Shown here piece by piece: positions 61,340-64,000 of a stretch of DNA of 64,000 nt. Position 1 is the stretch's first letter, and each line of letters opens with the position of its first letter. The notes under the pieces were generated by a model. It saw only the letters and a list, made by a program, of their open reading frames with translations, was not told the DNA's origin and ran no database searches. Source of the stretch: Octopus sinensis (lineage: Eukaryota); assembly GCF_006345805.1 (NCBI RefSeq), contig NC_043006.1, positions 93,806,001-93,870,000 on the forward strand, in the 5' to 3' direction. Position numbers and translations under genes: made by a program.

Positions 61340-62320
61340 ACTAGCATTATGACCCGTCGTTGCCGAGTCAAAGTGCTAGTGCATGTATATATGGTTATAT
61401 ATATGTGTACATATTACATGTTCATCTATATATATACATCTACACATAAAATACAAAATACAAAGTTATATCTTGATATCGCTAGTGATAACAATACTCA
61501 AAATATATAACAGACTGGAATTGTTAGCCCGTCTCTTGCAATTTCGATCAATTGTATCTTGTCCTCCCTCTTGTATAGAAGTGTGGCTACAACCCAGCCT
61601 ACTTCAACTTCTGGGGGGGGGGGGCATTTTTAATTTTTATCCGGCACGTCCTACGTCCCAGATATAAAGGTAAAAATAAAATATTTCCACTTTGCAAGTT
61701 CGAGTCTATAGTGGCGAATTTACCGCCTCTTTCATAGTCGCACCAAGACACTTTTCGATGATGCTTTCCTCCATGTGTTCAAATATTCTTTTTTCTCTAC
61801 ATTATATACTTTATAGACAATAGTCTTTTCTTTAATTTCATTTTTTATTATCCATCTGGACTATTCCATTTCTGCATGCTAATTTTATTTTTAATTTATT
61901 CCCATTCATGTGAAACCACTTATTCAAGTTCAAGTCATTGATGCAATTTTATACCAATTGCTATTTTTACTTTTGTTATGTTACGATTATATTATACTTT
62001 AGTTTGATTTTAATTTTTACTTACTACATATAATTCAATTGTTATTATTATTTTTATTGTTAAAGTGAAAGTATCTGACATAAAATAGAGAAACGTTTTT
62101 GTTTCACTTTTAACACGTAATACAGAAATAGTGGAGAAGATATGATATTGCTATGGGCTCGCTCTAGGCAAGAAGTTGAACATTTTTTTTGCCCATGAAA
62201 CTACATGGAACTTAAGTAAGGCATGTGTAAAATTTGAATGAAATTGCTTGAGTAGTTCTCAAGTTTTAGGAAAACACACAGACAGACAGACACACACACA
62301 TTCTCAGTTTTACATATATA
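61340..62320 (+). mobile_element. Non-autonomous Helitron/Helentron-like element
   Basis: ACTAGC..ACCCGTCGTTGCCGAGT start; AAATTTGAATGAAATTGCTTGAGTAGTT..(CAGA)n end. Confidence 0.5.
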
Positions 62321-62546
62321 TACATAAATATATATATATATATACGAGAGATCAATACCTCGAAACTCGAGTCCGTGTGTATCATAAGTTGAAGACGGGA
62401 AGGATGACTTCCCTTTGCAAATACTGACAGGACACAGAAAGTGTGTCTATGGCCAGCTGGAGGAGTGTGTCCTCCTGGGGCTAAAAACTACAGTAGCATC
62501 CACCCTTAGGGGTTAGCCATATTGAAATGGCAAAAATACGTCACGT

Positions 62547-62580
<34 letters not shown>

Positions 62581-62659
62581 TATACATACATATATATATA
62601 TATACAGACACACACACACAAACACACATATACACACACACATAAAGGTTCTTAATGGT

Positions 62660-62676
62660 TGGTAGATAGATAGATG

Positions 62677-62746
<70 letters not shown>

Positions 62747-62767
62747 CAGACAGACATACAGACAGAC

Positions 62768-62827
<60 letters not shown>

Positions 62828-62870
62828 GGACGGATGGACAGATGGATGGATGAATGGATGGATGGATGGA
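62660..62870 (+). repeat. (GATA)/(GACA)/(GATG)n tetranucleotide array
   Basis: Direct reading. Confidence 0.95.
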
Positions 62871-63064
62871 TAGAAAAGACTTAGGCCGTGTGTGGTCTCA
62901 AAACCATCATGCGTTGAGACAGTCATAAAACTGTAATCATGATGTATAACCATATATACTCATGTTTCAACATACATTAATAACAGCAGGATATCGTTTT
63001 GCAGATCATCACTAACCTGCTTTTTCACATACCATCACTGCATTCTCTCTCTCCCACTCGCTCC

Positions 63065-63132
<68 letters not shown>

Positions 63133-63286
63133 TTTCCATTTATCTATCTATATATCCATACATATATATATATCACTGTGATCGACCAGACTATCAGATG
63201 TTGCTACACATCGCTGGTCACAATGCGCTTCGCATTGTTTTAGCCTTCAAATGACGTCACCCCGCTCGCTAAGCGAGCAGGCCAAT

Positions 63287-63336
<50 letters not shown>

Positions 63337-63404
63337 AATTAATTTACTCTGCTATGTATTGAGTACCTTGTTTGCTGTGGTTAACCCCGACTCAACCCGG
63401 GACC

Positions 63405-63462
<58 letters not shown>

Positions 63463-63849
63463 GAGAGAGAGACAAGATCGAGCAAAGTACTTAGCGGCAG
63501 ATAGAGATGCTGCTAGTTTCAAATTCTACCGAGATCGACTTTGCTTCTCTTCCCTTCGGAATCGATAAAATAAGTGCCATTTGAACTCTGGGATCGATGT
63601 TATTTCCGGCCCTTATAATTTCTGACTTTGCGCCAAAGTTTTGTATCTACAGTTATTGCTCAAGCTTGGGTCTGCTTTGCTGGCCACTGCTATCGAACTG
63701 AAGAGGGGTTGTTATAGTTTGGAGACTTCTAAGCTGTAAGACAAGAATGCACCATATACGACGGCATAAAATGTGTACTAGCATATCAAACGCACTCACA
63801 ATTCCAGTAGCGCATAAGCAGGAGAGAAAAGCGTTTTTATATATTTAAG

Positions 63850-64000
63850 ACTAGCAGTATCGCCCGGCGTTGCTCGGGTTTGTAAGGGAAATAACTATAT
63901 AAGCATTTTTAGAGAGTTATAGCCAAAAAATAACAAAAAATGCATTAAAAATGGAAAAAAAAATTATGGTAATTTTTTTTAAATCGTTGACTCATCGTAG
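63850..64000 (+). mobile_element. 5' end of a non-autonomous Helitron-like element (runs off the window)
   Basis: ACTAGCAGTATCGCCCGGCGTTGCTCGGG start, similar to 61340. Confidence 0.5.

Noticed and set aside
63653-63717. Phase-compatible next exon IIAQAWVCFAGHCYRTEEGLL*
   Set aside because: In frame and has an acceptor, but lacks the expected TMIE CC/RxPRT/EIEA motifs; kept only as a weak alternative

Overview
Repeat-dense eukaryotic genomic DNA, most likely from an octopus. This is inferred from the tRNA-derived SINE families, the extreme (TA)n/(CA)n/(GATA)n/(TAA)n microsatellite load and the transposon mix. Almost all listed ORFs are microsatellite translations or decayed transposon fragments. 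Recognisable mobile elements: mariner (including a nested pair), rosa/DD41D and maT-like Tc1/mariner, MULE, Helitron and Helentron-type non-autonomous elements, RTE, CR1/L2, Tx1-like and RLE (R4/Dong-like) non-LTR retrotransposons, Penelope-like elements (PLEs), several SINE families and many foldback inverted repeats. Host-gene evidence: (1) a + strand exon at 57345-57483 encoding a TMIE-like ectodomain and transmembrane start, an upstream exon (50033-50134) ending in the probable ATG, and an RFX X-box/CCAAT/ETS cluster near 49.5 kb; (2) candidate - strand exons of an unidentified gene (7343-7542, 32215-32274, 33417-33480). The most unusual signals are minimal hammerhead-ribozyme motifs in short PLE-derived repeats, a Tx1-like LINE always found in (GATA)n that shares its 3' tail with a SINE, and a stack of RLE retrotransposon fragments bounded by (TAA)n. 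One 100-N gap lies at 35422-35521. All calls were made by eye without database searches, and repeat boundaries are approximate.
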